Positions 40,549-55,808 of a stretch of 64,000 nucleotides of DNA are shown here, piece by piece. The stretch comes from Lytechinus pictus (lineage: Eukaryota). Each line of letters opens with the position of its first letter. Within the stretch, counting starts at the first letter, position 1. The stretch covers positions 32,676,001 to 32,740,000 of the forward strand of contig NC_087251.1 of assembly GCF_037042905.1 (NCBI RefSeq). The letters run 5' to 3'. The notes below the pieces were generated by a model. It did no database searches. It was given only the letters and a program-made list of their open reading frames with translations, and was not told where the DNA came from. A program made the position numbers and the translations under genes.

Positions 40549-42033
40549 AGTTGAATTAAGAAGGGGGTGAGTTTCCATAAATATAGGTTCTACATACAAT
40601 ATATAGTATCTATAACACTTCCCTGGTATATATAAGTTGTTCAAACACATAGCATGTCACAATAATCCTCTGCCTTCTCGATATTTTGCTTTGAAAGTCT
40701 ATGAAATTAGCCACCTGTCAGAGCCCGAGAGACGAGTGTACAGAAAAGTCACTCGGAGTGTGACGTCACCGGGGGGAATTTAGTATAAGAGGTGCCTGAA
40801 TGTCATACAGAAATCCTATGCAGAGAGAGAAAGATATTTTACAATTTTTTTTCAAAGCAACTCAAATCAAACAAATAGGACTGATATGTACAAATCTTTA
40901 CTTTCCCTGTATAAAAAACAGTATGAATAACCACCATGAACTCTTCAATCATGATGTAAGATAGCAAACAGTGAGTTAATGAATGATATTTTCACTATTT
41001 CTCATTTATTTTATCACGATGTTCAATCAAGTGAGTAGCTGGAAAGTAATTCCGGCGGCTAGCTCAGCGCGCGCTGAACGCATGATACTAGTACAGTACA
41101 CACAACACCCAGGCATTGAGTGTACTGTTATGGTCTGGTATGTCGACTTAGTTCATGGCCGTGCAGCGATCCCCTGGCGTTTTTTCTTCTTTTCTTTTGT
41201 CTTTGACTCCACTTTTATATCCTCTGGTCTCTGGATCATTTCCACTCATAGCTCATTCCACAGAACAATCTTGAACCAAACGTATAGTATTCTTTCTCGG
41301 CCTTCTGAGTTGTTTTCTATATTTAATTACGCTAGGGGTCACCGTCACACATACAAACGCAATTCGGAAGTGAGTTGAAGACAGAAAGATATATAGTAAT
41401 TAGTATACATCTCTATGGTTGAAGACAACAAGAACGGTACGGTAGCTCGACAGCTAGCTGCGCCGGAGCGGGCGGCCGGTCGGCACAAAGCAATTCCGCA
41501 ACCAACTGTGTTTTTTTGCAAGAGCCGCGTCACACGCGGATAAATATGTCATAATAACACGTCTGCTACGTTATCGACTGGTGAGAAGATCTCGATCAAA
41601 TTTCATATTATTCACCTTGAAATTATTCCTTTAGGGTCTATGGTATCATTCTGAGGGAATTCACATATTTGGAATAATAGTACGGCCACAAATATTTTAA
41701 TCATTTCCTCTTTGCAAGTTCTATGGCTCGCAGATACAACTTCAACTGCAGTTATTCCATATGAAGGAGTACGTGCATAGTACACAAAACGGCACTGCCT
41801 TGTTTACTACACCGGGACCGAATACCCCCCGGTGACGTCACACTCAAAGAACACCCGTCTCGGTAGGCATTGCAGGAGCGAACTTAGGGAAAATGGGTAG
41901 GGATAAATCGTTCAAATTCACTATTTTGAAAAAAGAAAATGGGGGGTCGAATCACCTATTAGTGTTTGGGGGGTTGTAAGGTTGCTATTAATGTAAATAT
42001 CTCAATATTTGGAATCGTCTTCTTAATTCAACT
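40549..42033. mobile_element. Kolobok-like 1.5-kb element nested in an older MITE (40506-42212)
   Basis: TIR AGTTGAATTAAGAAG / CTTCTTAATTCAACT with TTAA TSD; inner inverted GTGTGACGTCACCGGGGG; host termini GGTGACACGATATTTGCTC / GAGCAAATGTCATGGAACC. Confidence 0.88.
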
Positions 42034-44000
42034 TTAATATCTCAGAAGGAATAGGATTAGAGCTAGGATTGTAATAGAGTTTTTGGTTCAGAATAATGTA
42101 AATATTAGGATTAGGGTTTATTAGTTTTGGAGGTTAGGTTTTGTGTTTTGTTTAATGTGCAGACTTTCCATCGGAGCAATTCAATTGTCGCCAGAGCAAA
42201 TGTCATGGAACCGGTAATTCAGACGATTCCTATTCAACTTCATGAGTGACTTTTATTTTTAATAGTCTAATGTGTGTGAGGCAGATTTGAACACAATCTG
42301 TCGAGAGGAGGGATTATGGGTTGAGAAGATCAATTCCGTAATTTTATCTTCTCGAAAGGGAAGTTGTACATGTACAGTACATGGAGGAATAGAGTAACTC
42401 CACAATTAAAGAGAGCAAATCAACAAGTAAAAATTAGAATGTTAATAGAAATTGACAATTGTATTTCTGAATGGATAATGATGTGAAGGTGTTACTTGCA
42501 TACATGTAAATCAGAAAAGATCTGTTCTGAAAATAGCAATTGATGAGAAGATAAATATTTTTCTTATTGATGAGATACATGCACATGTATTTTAGAAATC
42601 GTGGAGATGAAAAAATATATTGCATTAAAATGCAAGAAGAAGAAATTGTTATACATAAAATAAAGGTTTGGCAGGTATCTGATGCAAAGAAATATTAAGT
42701 GACACACCTAATTGTAGAAACCTACATAATATATAACTAGTAGAAACTGAAAGTGAACAGACTTGATTGGAATACATTTACTGTAGATATTTGTGAAACA
42801 TTCTGTATCCTTTATACATGAAGTATTTTGTATGTATACAGTGTTCATACTGGTTAGCCTACTGTAGCTATAAGACTATTAACTATGCCATAACTGTGTC
42901 TATGAACACTCAACAGAGATATGATTTCAAATTTATGCATTCTGTGGCTCTAGGGGATAACCTTGCGGCCACATGAAAGGACTTCACAAATTTATTAGAA
43001 CCATTATTGGATAGAACTTCAATTGAATGTCATTATACCTGTATATGAGGATACAATGGCTGGTGCTTAGGTTGGATAAATGACAAAAGTCATCATACAT
43101 GTACATTGAGTTTAGGATACCGGTACACTTTTTGCTATAAGAGGGCCATGCAAAATATCAATAACATGCATTATATGTACATGTACATTTCATGTACACG
43201 TCCTTCTGCATTTCATTGTATTTATTAGTGGGCAAACCACTGTTTCTTTTTTGAAGGGGGGGGGGGGGACAGGGGATATAATATTTTTTTTTTAAACTTG
43301 ATGAATTTTTTTATCAGTAAAAAGGCAATAGGGCTGTTTTTGGAAATCCCATTATTTTGTAACCATACATGTACATGTATGTACTGTACTGTATACATGG
43401 CTTATGGCAGTTAACCCATCAATGTAAAATATGCTGAGTAATATATGTATTTTATTGATTTTGTGAATTTTATCAATAAGGAATGTGGTGAACATTGGCT
43501 GTTTTTAAAAAATCCATTATTTTCGGTACCATGCATATCTATGTGTACTGTATCAGTCATGTACACATGAATGAGGGCAAATTTTTCACTCCATAGGGGT
43601 ATTAAAAAATAACTTTTATTGCAAACAATCCTTATTATTAATGGCTGTAGTTTCATGTATTTAGAATGAACTGAACTACGAAAAATAACTGTCCATTTTG
43701 CAATTATATTTTTTCTGATGTGATTCACCCTTAGCACATTTACACATTGAATATAAAGTAAAAAGTTCATGAAAATAGAAAAAGCCATTCTCTGTCCTGC
43801 CAGTGTGAATTTATCACCAACCACTTTGGCCTACACAAAGCAATAAAGATTGTAGCCTGAAATATTTTGTTCCAATCCGTGCTTTATAAGTGGTTTTCCT
43901 TTCAAAAAGAATTCAAGCAAATTATCAGGGACCCATAGGAACCAAAATTTAGACTTTTCAATTGACATTGACAGTGTATGATTGTTCTACATTTACCATG

Positions 44001-44653
<653 letters not shown>

Positions 44654-47600
44654 AAATGTACATGTACGATTCAGTTCTTATATAGCACATACACTACCAT
44701 TTACCATCTAATGTCTGAATTTACCATAGCTTTAGCCCAGCTAGCCTTTTACAGCTCATTGTCCCACATGTGCTTGTCTGTGTTGGTACCCTTTTATAGT
44801 ATGATTAGTTTTCTGATGAGATTTCATGATTTCACAAAGTTTGGTGAATTTATACCAGGATTTAGAATTAGACCAACATTGAATAATGATATTGACTCGT
44901 TAACCTTGAATTGAAAAAGCTTTCTCATGGAATCATTGTTTGCTGTGATACTATAGTTAATTTAGCTGTAAGTATGATTAAATCGAAGGTCCAGGAATTA
45001 ATCAGAACTCGACGTGAACTGCTACGAAAAGAAAAGCATACATCAGTCACACTGATGCATAGCTTTAAAAAAAAAAACCTCTCACCACATCAAGGAGGCG
45101 TGACATGTTGACTGAGATTCAATGATCATGTAAACATGGAAAGAGCATCCTGTGATTGAGAGTAGGGAAGAGCCGATAGATTAATGCTCTCTCCAATGAA
45201 GGGTGTGGACCCTCTCTGAGATGACTCATCTTTTCATACTTCGTCATTTCATAAGAAATACCAGGGATGTATTAACCAAGAAAGGGGTTTTATTCACCCG
45301 CTGTATGTAGGACAGTGGAGAATGGCACCATGATTGCATCTTATACAAATTATAGCCAAAGGGTTGTTTGTTTCAGCGAGGCCCTAGGCAGAGATGAAGT
45401 CATCGTTCGGCAAGGAAAAGGACATTATAACACTATTGATTGCAAAAAAACGATACCAGATACTTTATCAGAAAATGTGAAAAAAAAGGAAAAAATTAAA
45501 AAAGTATTTTTCGATAATAAAAATCAACCATATTGCCCTGATACTTGCTGTACAATGAAGTAAAATCGCAAGAGTTCCTGTCTAGTCCAGTGTTTATAAT
45601 GCATTATAGAGCATGGACCCCTCAATCTATCGGCCTGCATTCTCTGTAACCTACTTTAAGGTCATGTGCTCCTTGGCACTTCTTCAAATTTTTTCCCCCT
45701 TTTCTTTTTTTTTTTTAACCTTGTAAATGTGATTATTTGTGATTTCTTCAATCTCATTGAATAACTGTAAATATTGTAATTTGATATGATTCTTAATAAA
45801 AACATAAATACAAAAAAAATCTATAGTATGTCTATATCTACTGCTGATTTCATCTGTGTAGAGTCTTTATTTTATTTTGATTAAAAAAAAAGAATTAGTA
45901 TTTCATATTTATAGTTATTTAGATGTTTTATCAAGTATATATTACAATGTAAAATGTTGGTTTGTACAAGTACATTTGGTTGGAACAAAGAATAAAACCA
46001 CATTAAGTAATACATTGACCAAGATGTATTCTGTTTACTTATAAGATGTATTTCAACTGAATGGTAGTTGTCACTATTGTACTATGTAGTATGATGACTA
46101 TGATCAACCTCCTTTACATTAGATTCTCCTAGTTCTCATACATTGTAATCTGGTTGTGAATGCTGCTTGTGCACAGCACATTATAATCTTTTCACATTGC
46201 CCGCCAGTCATTTTACCAAGTGTTCCAAAGGTCATTTCTCACTAGAACCCAGTTAGGGATGGGGTCGTTCACATCACAGTGAACCTTGGCAGATTTTCCA
46301 CTGGTCCATTGTTTTTTTAGAATTTTGGCAGCCATGAAAATACTCTGGTTTTTTTTAAAGCTACCTGATAAGGGCTACAAAAAAAAAAAGATTAGACAAA
46401 ATACAATCACTGAATATACACTTCAGCACTGATATTTAACTAGTTCTATACATCTACACATAGCCTACATGTACATATTTGCAGTTGAAAAAAAGTATTT
46501 ATTTATATACATATAGGATGCACAAGGATGCTATTTTTAAGCAGTATTTAGTTATTTATCAGTATAATATTTAAAAAGGTATCTGAATAGTTTTATATAG
46601 TGTGATGTTCATCACTGACTATCAGCATCCTTCTTCTCTCTTTCTCATAATACACTTCTGATATTTACAGCTGATAATCGAGAAAGATTTTGGTATCTTT
46701 CATTGTTAAACAAACATGAAAAAAGGGTACTGATATTGTAGGTAATTGTCAATTTTAAGCTTACTGAAGACCAGGGGCCCATTTCATACATATATTTTTT
46801 CATTTCTCTAGTTTTAAGACTCCTTTTGGGTGATATAATTGTAGTAACTGCCTGCAGCATTCAAAATCCTACTGATCTTGCATATCAATTATTGGCTTGC
46901 CTTTTTTTAGCTCGGCATCAGTAGGTTGGTCAACTTTATGATTAGTAGCCATTGCAAATGATACCTACGGGCATGGTGCATCGACCGGTGTGATGAGTTA
47001 TGAATTAATTGAGTGCCAGGCTTGCTCTGCTGTAGTCTAACACTCCAGCCTTCATTGAGTCATTACTTGAAGCAATACACATGTATGTATATTTTATTCG
47101 TTATGGCATAGAATTGCATGGTTTTGATGAACAAGAAAGTTTTGTAACTTTTAAAAGAGTTAAAAGTATATATATTCAATGCAATCAGAAAAGGCATAGG
47201 TAATGTCATAAAAAGTTAAATGTCAAAATATGTGGAAAACTGTGAAAAAATATACTTCCCAATAAATCAGAAAAACTTTACACCCTATAGGAAAATAACA
47301 CGCATATACTTGTTAGGGATAACTCTTACCAAAATAATTTTGCGCAATCATCTTTAAAAAAAAAATTCACATCATAATTTTTTCGGGTAAATATACTAAC
47401 AATGCCTGATTTACCCCCCAAATTATTATGTAGTCTTGCCTTTAGTTGCATGAATATACTTGCAAACACTAACCAGTATATTGTAATATATTTACTGTGG
47501 TTATTATGAATGAAAAATGATTTTACTTCACTCAAATCATGGGATTTGTCATCTCTTCGCTCAAAGACTGGCGGACCAAAAGTTTACAACTGAGATTCAG

Positions 47601-50304
47601 GTTTAACATAAATATAGGAAAAATATGAATGCACATTGAAACTTCTCATAACTGCTTTAGCGTAAACTTAATAGTGTGAACAAAAACAACTAACATGTTA
47701 TAAATAAATCCATTTATCTTACACCTGGCAAAAATACTTCGGTTAGTTATTTTATAGTGTTATGTTTTAAATATACATGTACATGTACCCTCTTGCTCAA
47801 CATTCTGCAGGACATTGTCTCTTGGTCCTGGGTTGAATGTCAATGCCAATACAAAACACATTCTATGGGTAGGCTACTATTGCCTCTGTTTTAGTGTAAT
47901 CTTTGTACCAGTGTCATTCTCAAGTAATTTTTTGATATAATTGGGAAAAATGTTCTCTGAACACCTTTGTGCCAGCCAAAGTGTTGTCACATTGGAATGT
48001 GTCATCTACTGATTCATAGACGCAGTGTGACGTAAATTTAAGAAAAAAGAGTAATTGGCATCAGATGAGGGCTTTATTGCTACAAACAAGTTTTCAGTAT
48101 TAAATCAAAATTGCATAAAAGGTGTACTGGCTATCTGTTAATACCAGAATAATCTGAAGATTCGGACACATCAAAGTCATCACTGTCAGACTTTACACTG
48201 TCAAAATTGAAACCATGTGGTAATAATTAACAACAGATTGATTTCTCTTTGAAGTCTTTAATTAGTTTGTGCTTTTCCTTTTGAAGTTTTTCCAGCTTCT
48301 AAATTTTATTGAAGGTGTAATCCACAACTATATTTTATCTCTCCTCATTTTCTTTACATCAGACAGCCACAATTTCAATCATGTTAATTTCATGATGTAC
48401 ATCTATTAATTATACTAATTAGCTTAATCAGGTATCCTTTAAAAACTTATAAGTTCAAATTTGATTCACTTATTATTAAAGAATAAGCCAGTGAGCCCCA
48501 AAACTATTACATATTTTAGGTACTGTGATGTTACATATTCATTTTCTTAATGAAATAAAAATTTATGCTCCCCTCGTCTACCTCCATGCAAAAATCGCCA
48601 ATTGATGTTACATCATTGCTAATTACTGGTAAATGAAGTAATTTCAGGTATTTCTTTTTCTTTAAAGTAATTGGTATAAAGATTCCCTTTAATATGATAC
48701 CAAATATACCAATGTAGCATATAAGATTTATACCATTAATCATTTCTGTGCTTGTCGCGCAAATGTAACGATACCACCTACATGTATGTGTGGGCCCAAC
48801 ATAAAATGCATGGCCAATCATGATTATCATGATATTACGTGCACACATTGGTATCAATAATAAAAGCATTTTCATTTTGATGCAAGATAAAAGATTAATG
48901 TAGATAAAAATTCCTTGGTCAACGACCATGCTGGGAATCGTACACCGGAATTTCATGGTGTACCTACATGTATACATGTAGTCGGGTGCCTTGACCACTG
49001 GGCTACCGCACCTCTCCAGTATAATGATATTAGTGATTTGCGTTTGTACAGCTCTATCTATCTAGAAATGATCTATTCCAAAGTGCTTTTTTATGTATAA
49101 TTATGTATATCATATTACCCTAGCTTTCCCCAAGCTATCATTTATCAGTAGTTTTCTGTGCATTCAAGAAATTATCCTACTGGGTACCCATTCTGCCTCT
49201 CCTGGGGTGACATTATGAGGCCTTTTTTTTTGCAGACCTATAATAGGCCTACTTTTTGTATGTTTATATAAATCATTGCTTTTTTATCAGTCTCTTGCAG
49301 TTGGGTAAATTAGAAATCTTCATTGGATGTTTGGTGCATGTAATGGAAAAGCAACTGCATTGATGTTACAGTTTACAGTATGTTGTATGTCTTTAGAATT
49401 GCAAGAATGTTTTTAAAAACTTCCTTTGGGGGAGTCGTCCTGAAAATGACATTTGCGTTACGCATGCCAAAGTACCCTTGTGCCTCTTCTCTGTATGTAA
49501 ATTTGTGGCATTTCCGTTGTTGAGATATTATTTACATCAAGAAGTAGATATGGAAAACGAATTTGCAGGCCTCTCAGATTTAATACGGGATAAATCTAAG
49601 TATGTCGTAATGTGAAGATATTTTTTTACATACTGTACATGTACATATACATTGAATGTAGAACGTGATACTAGAATTTGACATTTCCTGTCAGCAATGA
49701 TTTTTAGTTTGAATTGGCAAACGAGTGAGGCGCTAATGATTTCTTTGCCCCCAAACATCTGAGATAATCAAAGCCCCTCGTAGAATCATCAATATGTGAT
49801 TGATTAGGGCCTGTGAATCTGTGATTGCCCCCCGCTTGGATGTGCACACTCAAGCACAATCGTCCCTCTAGTGTGTTTGTACATCCCATTTCTCCCCCTT
49901 CGTCTTGCGTATCCGTTACAGGCCCTGGGGATGCTCAAGCTTATCAGGCTTCGCGTGAGGGCCCCTCCAGTTCTTTTTCGGCAACTACTGACGATGCAAA
50001 ACGACCGGGTGTGCCGCATGTAGTCTCATTGACCCTAGTCTTCACTGTTTTCAGGGAATCTGATTTGTATTGGAAACAAGATGAAATTGGATTTTGTGTT
50101 GCTCCTACATTGTGTACCGGTACATGTACAAGTGCGTCAATGTAAAAAAAAATGTTTTGGCAAGTTATAGGTTTTCTTTTGTATGAAACAATATATTTCA
50201 AAAGATACTTTTGTTTCTGGCCACAATGTAATTTGTAAGAATTTCTCACTTAATTGAAAGAGATATTAAAGCCAGCTGTAATAAGATACAGATATATATT
50301 CATG

Positions 50305-50716
50305 CCCGGGGGGGGGGGGGGGCAGTCAAATATATTGCTAAATACATGCGTGACCCAAAAAACATGTTTAAGGGGGTGTTTTTTCAGTTTTGGACGCGGG
50401 CTGCGCATGCACCTGTTAATGGTATCAAAAATACAGATTTTCAAAAAAAGGGTGGTTTTGAAAGACTGCTCAATGGTCAATTGCGGGGTCAAACGTATTT
50501 AGGGTATTTTTTTAAAAAGCTTGTTTTTTTAGACAAGCCAAACGTGTTTAGGGTTTTTTTTTTCCAAAGCTTTTTCCCTGGGGCCAAAATGTATACTTAT
50601 GAAGCCAGCGAAAAACTTGTTAAAGGGGTTATTTTGCACACAGAGAAAAATTTGTTTAGGGGGTGTTTGGTCTCGCATGTGTACAGCAATACATTTGACT
50701 GCCCCCCCCCCCTGGG
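50305..50716. mobile_element. MITE with CCCGG(G)n termini, copy 2
   Basis: Same TIR and body as 33266-33730; 8-bp TSD TATTCATG. Confidence 0.87.
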
Positions 50717-52229
50717 TATTCATGTCGGTCTATTTTTTGTGTGCTGAAAATCTGAAACCGTGGTTATTCATAATACAATATGTTTGGCTAAGGTTTTATT
50801 AAATGCTAGTAATTTAAGGTAGCCTTTATAGATTGGCAATGTAATTTATGTCATGTGACATTATGTAGCAGACACATTTACTTTGTTGTGCATGGAAATA
50901 ACAATTTGCGAATAGTGCATTGGAGTGAAGTCAATGTAACAGTCCACGATGTTAACATGTGTCATCCAGGTTTTGAATCAGGTTTAGTCCCTGACTACGG
51001 GGGAGGGGGGTGGCCGGATTTATGTAGGGTGAAGGAATGCAGTGGCCAATGTCTTTGCTTACACAGGATTTAATACATGAAACTCCTTCAGTAAACAGTA
51101 CAAATAACCGAATTCAGATACATTATAAGCCGTTTTGTACACAAAGCTTGTAAAGACTGTCTGGCAGAGAATACATTATGTTTGATGAGGAAATTTTAGC
51201 TATACTGATAATCTTATAAGTACAAAGCAGACTGAGTGTCCAATAAGAATTCTCACCGATGAAAGTGCAGACACATTTCTGCTATCTCATGAACTGGGAT
51301 CTTATTGCTTGAAAATGAGGCACAAAATAGGGTGTTTTTCAATATTAAAGTGAATCACTAAACACTGTAGATACGTGTATGCTGCAACGTAGAACAAAAA
51401 CTTTAGCGGACGTTGATTTATATTAGTTGGTAAGTAAAATAAATAATGAAAATTCATTTGAAAATTAGTCATCTTTGAAAATATTGTCTAGTGTACATGT
51501 ATATCCTTTTATGAGCAGCAGATATGGACCAAGGAACCACTAGTATCAGCGTTTTACCAGAGTCCATAGTAGCATGGCCAAGGGTCACTCGTTGAGCAAT
51601 GAAGATCTCCTCTGCTCTGCTCGGACCATCTGGGGGCGTATGCTGCATTACAATAGGATTCATGTTTATGTTGTAAACTACTGCAAATACTGAATATTCT
51701 GTGGTGATAAAAGCTACAGTGCATGAAAATAGAAATCATTCTAAAGATAAGTAGGCCTCCAGTCAAACCTGTCCTCATGGCCACCCTATCTATCTTTATT
51801 AATAGTGAAATCTGTCTTTAGTGGCTACCAAAATTGTTACCCATTGAGGAACTGTCTCTTACTTTTGTTTTATTGGGGGGGGGGGCTACTTTACAACCTA
51901 CTGGCTAAATCTGCAATATTTGAGTTTTCTAGGCTCTTTTTCTCCACTCTCCAGTGGCCACTTTTTCTTTTTTCCTTGGGTGACCTTAATATGCAGGTTT
52001 GGCTGAACATGAACAAGAACATGCACAAGAAATGAATATAATTTTCTAATTGAATGTCAACAAATGTTTGAAAATATATATTGTTTGGTACATGTATTTG
52101 TACTTCACTGATTGCAATATAATTCATCAAATGAAAATGTGAATAAATCAGGCAAAACAAATTAATTGTTATTTTTGGTGATTACTTTTCACATCCAGCT
52201 GCATAATAAAAAAAAATCTGCAACATCTG

Positions 52230-52500
52230 GGGCCCGTCTTATAAAGAGTTGCGATTGATCCGATCAATCACAACTATGGACGGCCAGCAATGTCAACATC
52301 TAAAATGCATGAATGATCAAAATGTTTTCTCGATATGACGTAAATTACATAAATTCATTGTTTTCTAGACAATTTGGTGTGTTCTCCTTTGTTTACAAAG
52401 GACATTTTGCAAATTTCCTGTAGAAAAAATTATAACACTGACGGATTTCCATAGAGTTACGATCGATCGGATCAATCGTAACTCTTTGTAAGACGGGGCC
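52230..52500. mobile_element. Harbinger-like MITE, copy 1
   Basis: TIR GG(G/C)CCCGTCTTA(C/T)AAAGAGTT.CGATTGATC; CTG TSD. Confidence 0.85.
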
Positions 52501-52592
52501 CTGATCAGCTTTAATATTGCAGCGAATGGGGATTTTTCAGGGCTCATTTGAGCAATTCAGATTTTCTGGAATATATGGCACTTATATACCAG

Positions 52593-52875
52593 GGCCCCGT
52601 CTTACAAAGAGTTACGATTGATCTGATCAATCGCAACTATGGACGACAAGCAACGTCAACATATACATGTAAAATGCTTGTTTGTTCAACATTTTTTCTA
52701 GATATGAATGTTTATCCATAAATTCATTGATTTCTTGATCTTGACAATTTGGTGTGTTCTCCATTGTCTACAAAGGACATTTTACAAATTTCCTGTAGAA
52801 GAAATTATGACACTGATGGATTTCCATAGAGTTACGATTGATTGGATCGAGCGTAACTCTTTGTAAGACGGGTCC
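52593..52875. mobile_element. Harbinger-like MITE, copy 2 (same family, same orientation)
   Basis: Same TIR and body; CAG TSD. Confidence 0.85.
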
Positions 52876-53544
52876 CAGTTGTCAAACCCTGAATCTCAGG
52901 TGTTTTCCTCTTAATACATCTTCCCGACCTAAGTTAGGGTCTGATCATTTGTAGAATAAGGGTGAGTGATGGTCCGGTGTCTGTGAGGATAAGGTAGCGT
53001 CATTCTGCGGTTGCCCACTGTAAGGTGCATTGGGGATGCACGCGCTCCTGTCAGCTTGGATTCTCCAGGGGACCGGCCCAGATTCCCTTCTCATTCTCAC
53101 TGCACTGACGGTCCACGATCAATGCCATTATGGTGTGATGTTCCCTAATCCAGTACCAGCTCACGATAACATGATAGTATCAGTTTTGCTCAGGAGGTTC
53201 AAAGCATTTTAGTCCACTGAAATGAGTTACATTTAAAGCTCATGTCCAGTCTTAATGGTATGAATATTGATCTGCAGCTGATGTAATTCAGTGTCAGCTT
53301 GCCTACTCTGATTAAAAGATACAAAATCTTCTAAAATTCTTAGATTCTAAATCTGAATCACTATGATCTGCAGGTCTCTCCTCCCATTGTAAATTGTTAG
53401 GGGTGGGGGTGCAGGTGGACCACTACACTGGGGTTTACCCCCTACTCTTTATACGAACAGTCCAGTGGGTTCTTTGTAATGTATGATCCATACTCACCAG
53501 TGCCACCTCTGAATCTACAGAAAGTATTACTCTGACCATGCACA

Positions 53545-53990
53545 GCGATTTCGTGAAATTTTTGGCTTTATTTTTTGTTTAATGCAGAGCTAAGAATGAT
53601 GCAGACCTTTTTTTTAATGATTATGTGAGATTTATGGCTTTTTCTTTAAAGCAGAGCTGAGATAGTGCAGACCCCTTTTAATATGATTTCGTGAGATTTT
53701 TGTGGCTTCAACTTTAAAAGCAGAGCTTAAGAATAGTGCATACTTTTTTTTATAAACGGTTTCATGAGATTTTTGGCTTTATCTTTAATCTTAATGTTAA
53801 CCCTTTTTTATGATTTTGTGAGATTTTGGGATATATCTTAAAGCAGAGCTAAGAATAGTGCACACTTTTTAAAAATAATTTCTTGAGATTCATGGTTTTA
53901 TCTTTAAAGCAGAGCTAAGATAATGCAGACCTTTTTTAATACTTTCTTGAGATTTTTTTTTTTTAAAGCAGAGCCAAGATAGTGCAGATT
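53545..53990 (+). repeat. Degenerate minisatellite, ~55-60-bp unit, 7-8 copies
   Basis: Recurrent AAAGCAGAGCTAAGA(A)TAGTGCAGAC...GATTTCGTGAGATTT. Confidence 0.85.
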
Positions 53991-55808
53991 TTGTAAACTG
54001 TCCTTTCACTTGTTCTGTTATTTAAAATTTTACTTCATCTTGTAATTCAGACTAGCAATTTACTGAAAAGGGTTTATAACATTAGCATAGTAAAGTCAGT
54101 GTGAAGGTGTACAGGTAATCATATACCTCAGTGAGCCTAGGCACATCAGAAAATTGAGGAAAGTGGGAGAGGCGTGGAAGAGGAAAATTAGTTGAGGGAC
54201 CTATGGAATAGAGATCATAATCCATAATTGTGATTGATTTTTTTCTTCTTACTTGAGGTTTTCTGCCGGGACTTCAAGCGAGGTACTACTAAGAATGTAA
54301 ATATTTGTACTGCAGTTCACCAGTACATATGAACATGTTACATCTGCATGCAGTATGCATATATCAAAATTTCATATACTGGAATTTCCATAATGAACTT
54401 GTTCAGTGGTTGGGAGAAATGTACAGTTTATGTGTTTTTGATTATGACAAAGTTGAATTAAATGGATTCTCAATTTTTTTGTCATAACAGAATCGATGTG
54501 CCAAATTTTCATTTTTGATATTTTCCTTTCCTGATAAGCTTTGCTTTGATGTACCTACAATAAATCTCCAATGATTGGTACATGTAGACCTACAATGTAC
54601 TTTATTATGACTTATTTCATTATTCATTTAATTGAATAATTTTATACTTTTTTTCTTCTCGAAAAGCTGGATAAATATAAAGGAAAAATGAAGATGTAGG
54701 CCTTTCATGAATTTTTGTTTCTATAATGCAGCAAATGCCACATTCCATGACTGTATAAAGTGTATGCTCTAATATGCATTAAAAAAATATTCTTGGAAGG
54801 CAGTGTAATTATTGTAACACAATATATCTTATTAAAAGCAATGCATACAAGATATCAAACAATGAATTCATTCATCAAATCAAATGTCATGTTCCTGCTT
54901 TTTATAGATCAAGATATCACTGTATGAAAGAAGCCTGTGTATAATGTTCACAGTGCGGAGCGTATGTATAAAAGAAAAAATGCAGTATTATGATGAACCT
55001 TGTTGTAATTCTATTTTTTTCCCACCCATACAGAGAGCAGGTAGATTTTGTAGGTAAAACGAGCTTGGTTGTTTATGGACTTCTCTTTCTCTCATGCATC
55101 GCTTGGCAGCACTGTCCTAAACTGATCAGGCAAGAACGCCTACTTTTGTAAAAAACCACAAGCTGGAATTGAACTTGATTTGCACCAAAATCTTGGGCGA
55201 TATTACTCCCACTCTCCTGCCCCCTCTTTCGCTCTCTTTCTCTCCCTCTCTTTCCTGCTCTCTATCTCTCGCTCAACTCTCTTCTTTCTGCTTATTACTT
55301 TCTTTACTAAAGTGTAATGCTATCCCTTTCTCTTCATTTCATTTTAAAATATTGTTTGATCCTTTTTTTTTCTGTCCTCTTTAATTCTCCCTCATGGGCT
55401 GTCTCACTCCCATCTCCTCTGTTTGTACTATACAGGGATACTAGGGCTATTTTATTAGAATGTATTTGAACACTCCTTGATTTTAATATCCTTCATTTTT
55501 TGCATTTCCTTTTCTCTTTTTCTATTTTTAATTTTCTCTGTTCCAGTGCTCGGTGTTATCTATTTTATTAGGATTTTTCATCTATACATATATGTTTGTT
55601 ATTTAACTGATCATTTATTCTCCCTATCTCTACCCTTTTGTTATAATTTTTTCCCTTTAGAATCATTCATTTTCCGTTTAAGTTTCAATAAATGTTTAAG
55701 TCCTCTTTTAACTTCAATTCAGTCTTGTTTTCCCTGGAAAATTATTAATACCTTGTGGTAAACGAATAATGATTCTTTGTTTATCTCTTCCTCCCTCTCT
55801 GCCTTCGT

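Noticed and set aside
53545..53990. CRISPR-like repeat/spacer array
   Set aside because: Eukaryotic context; the intervening sequences are themselves similar, so it is a degenerate minisatellite; no cas genes.
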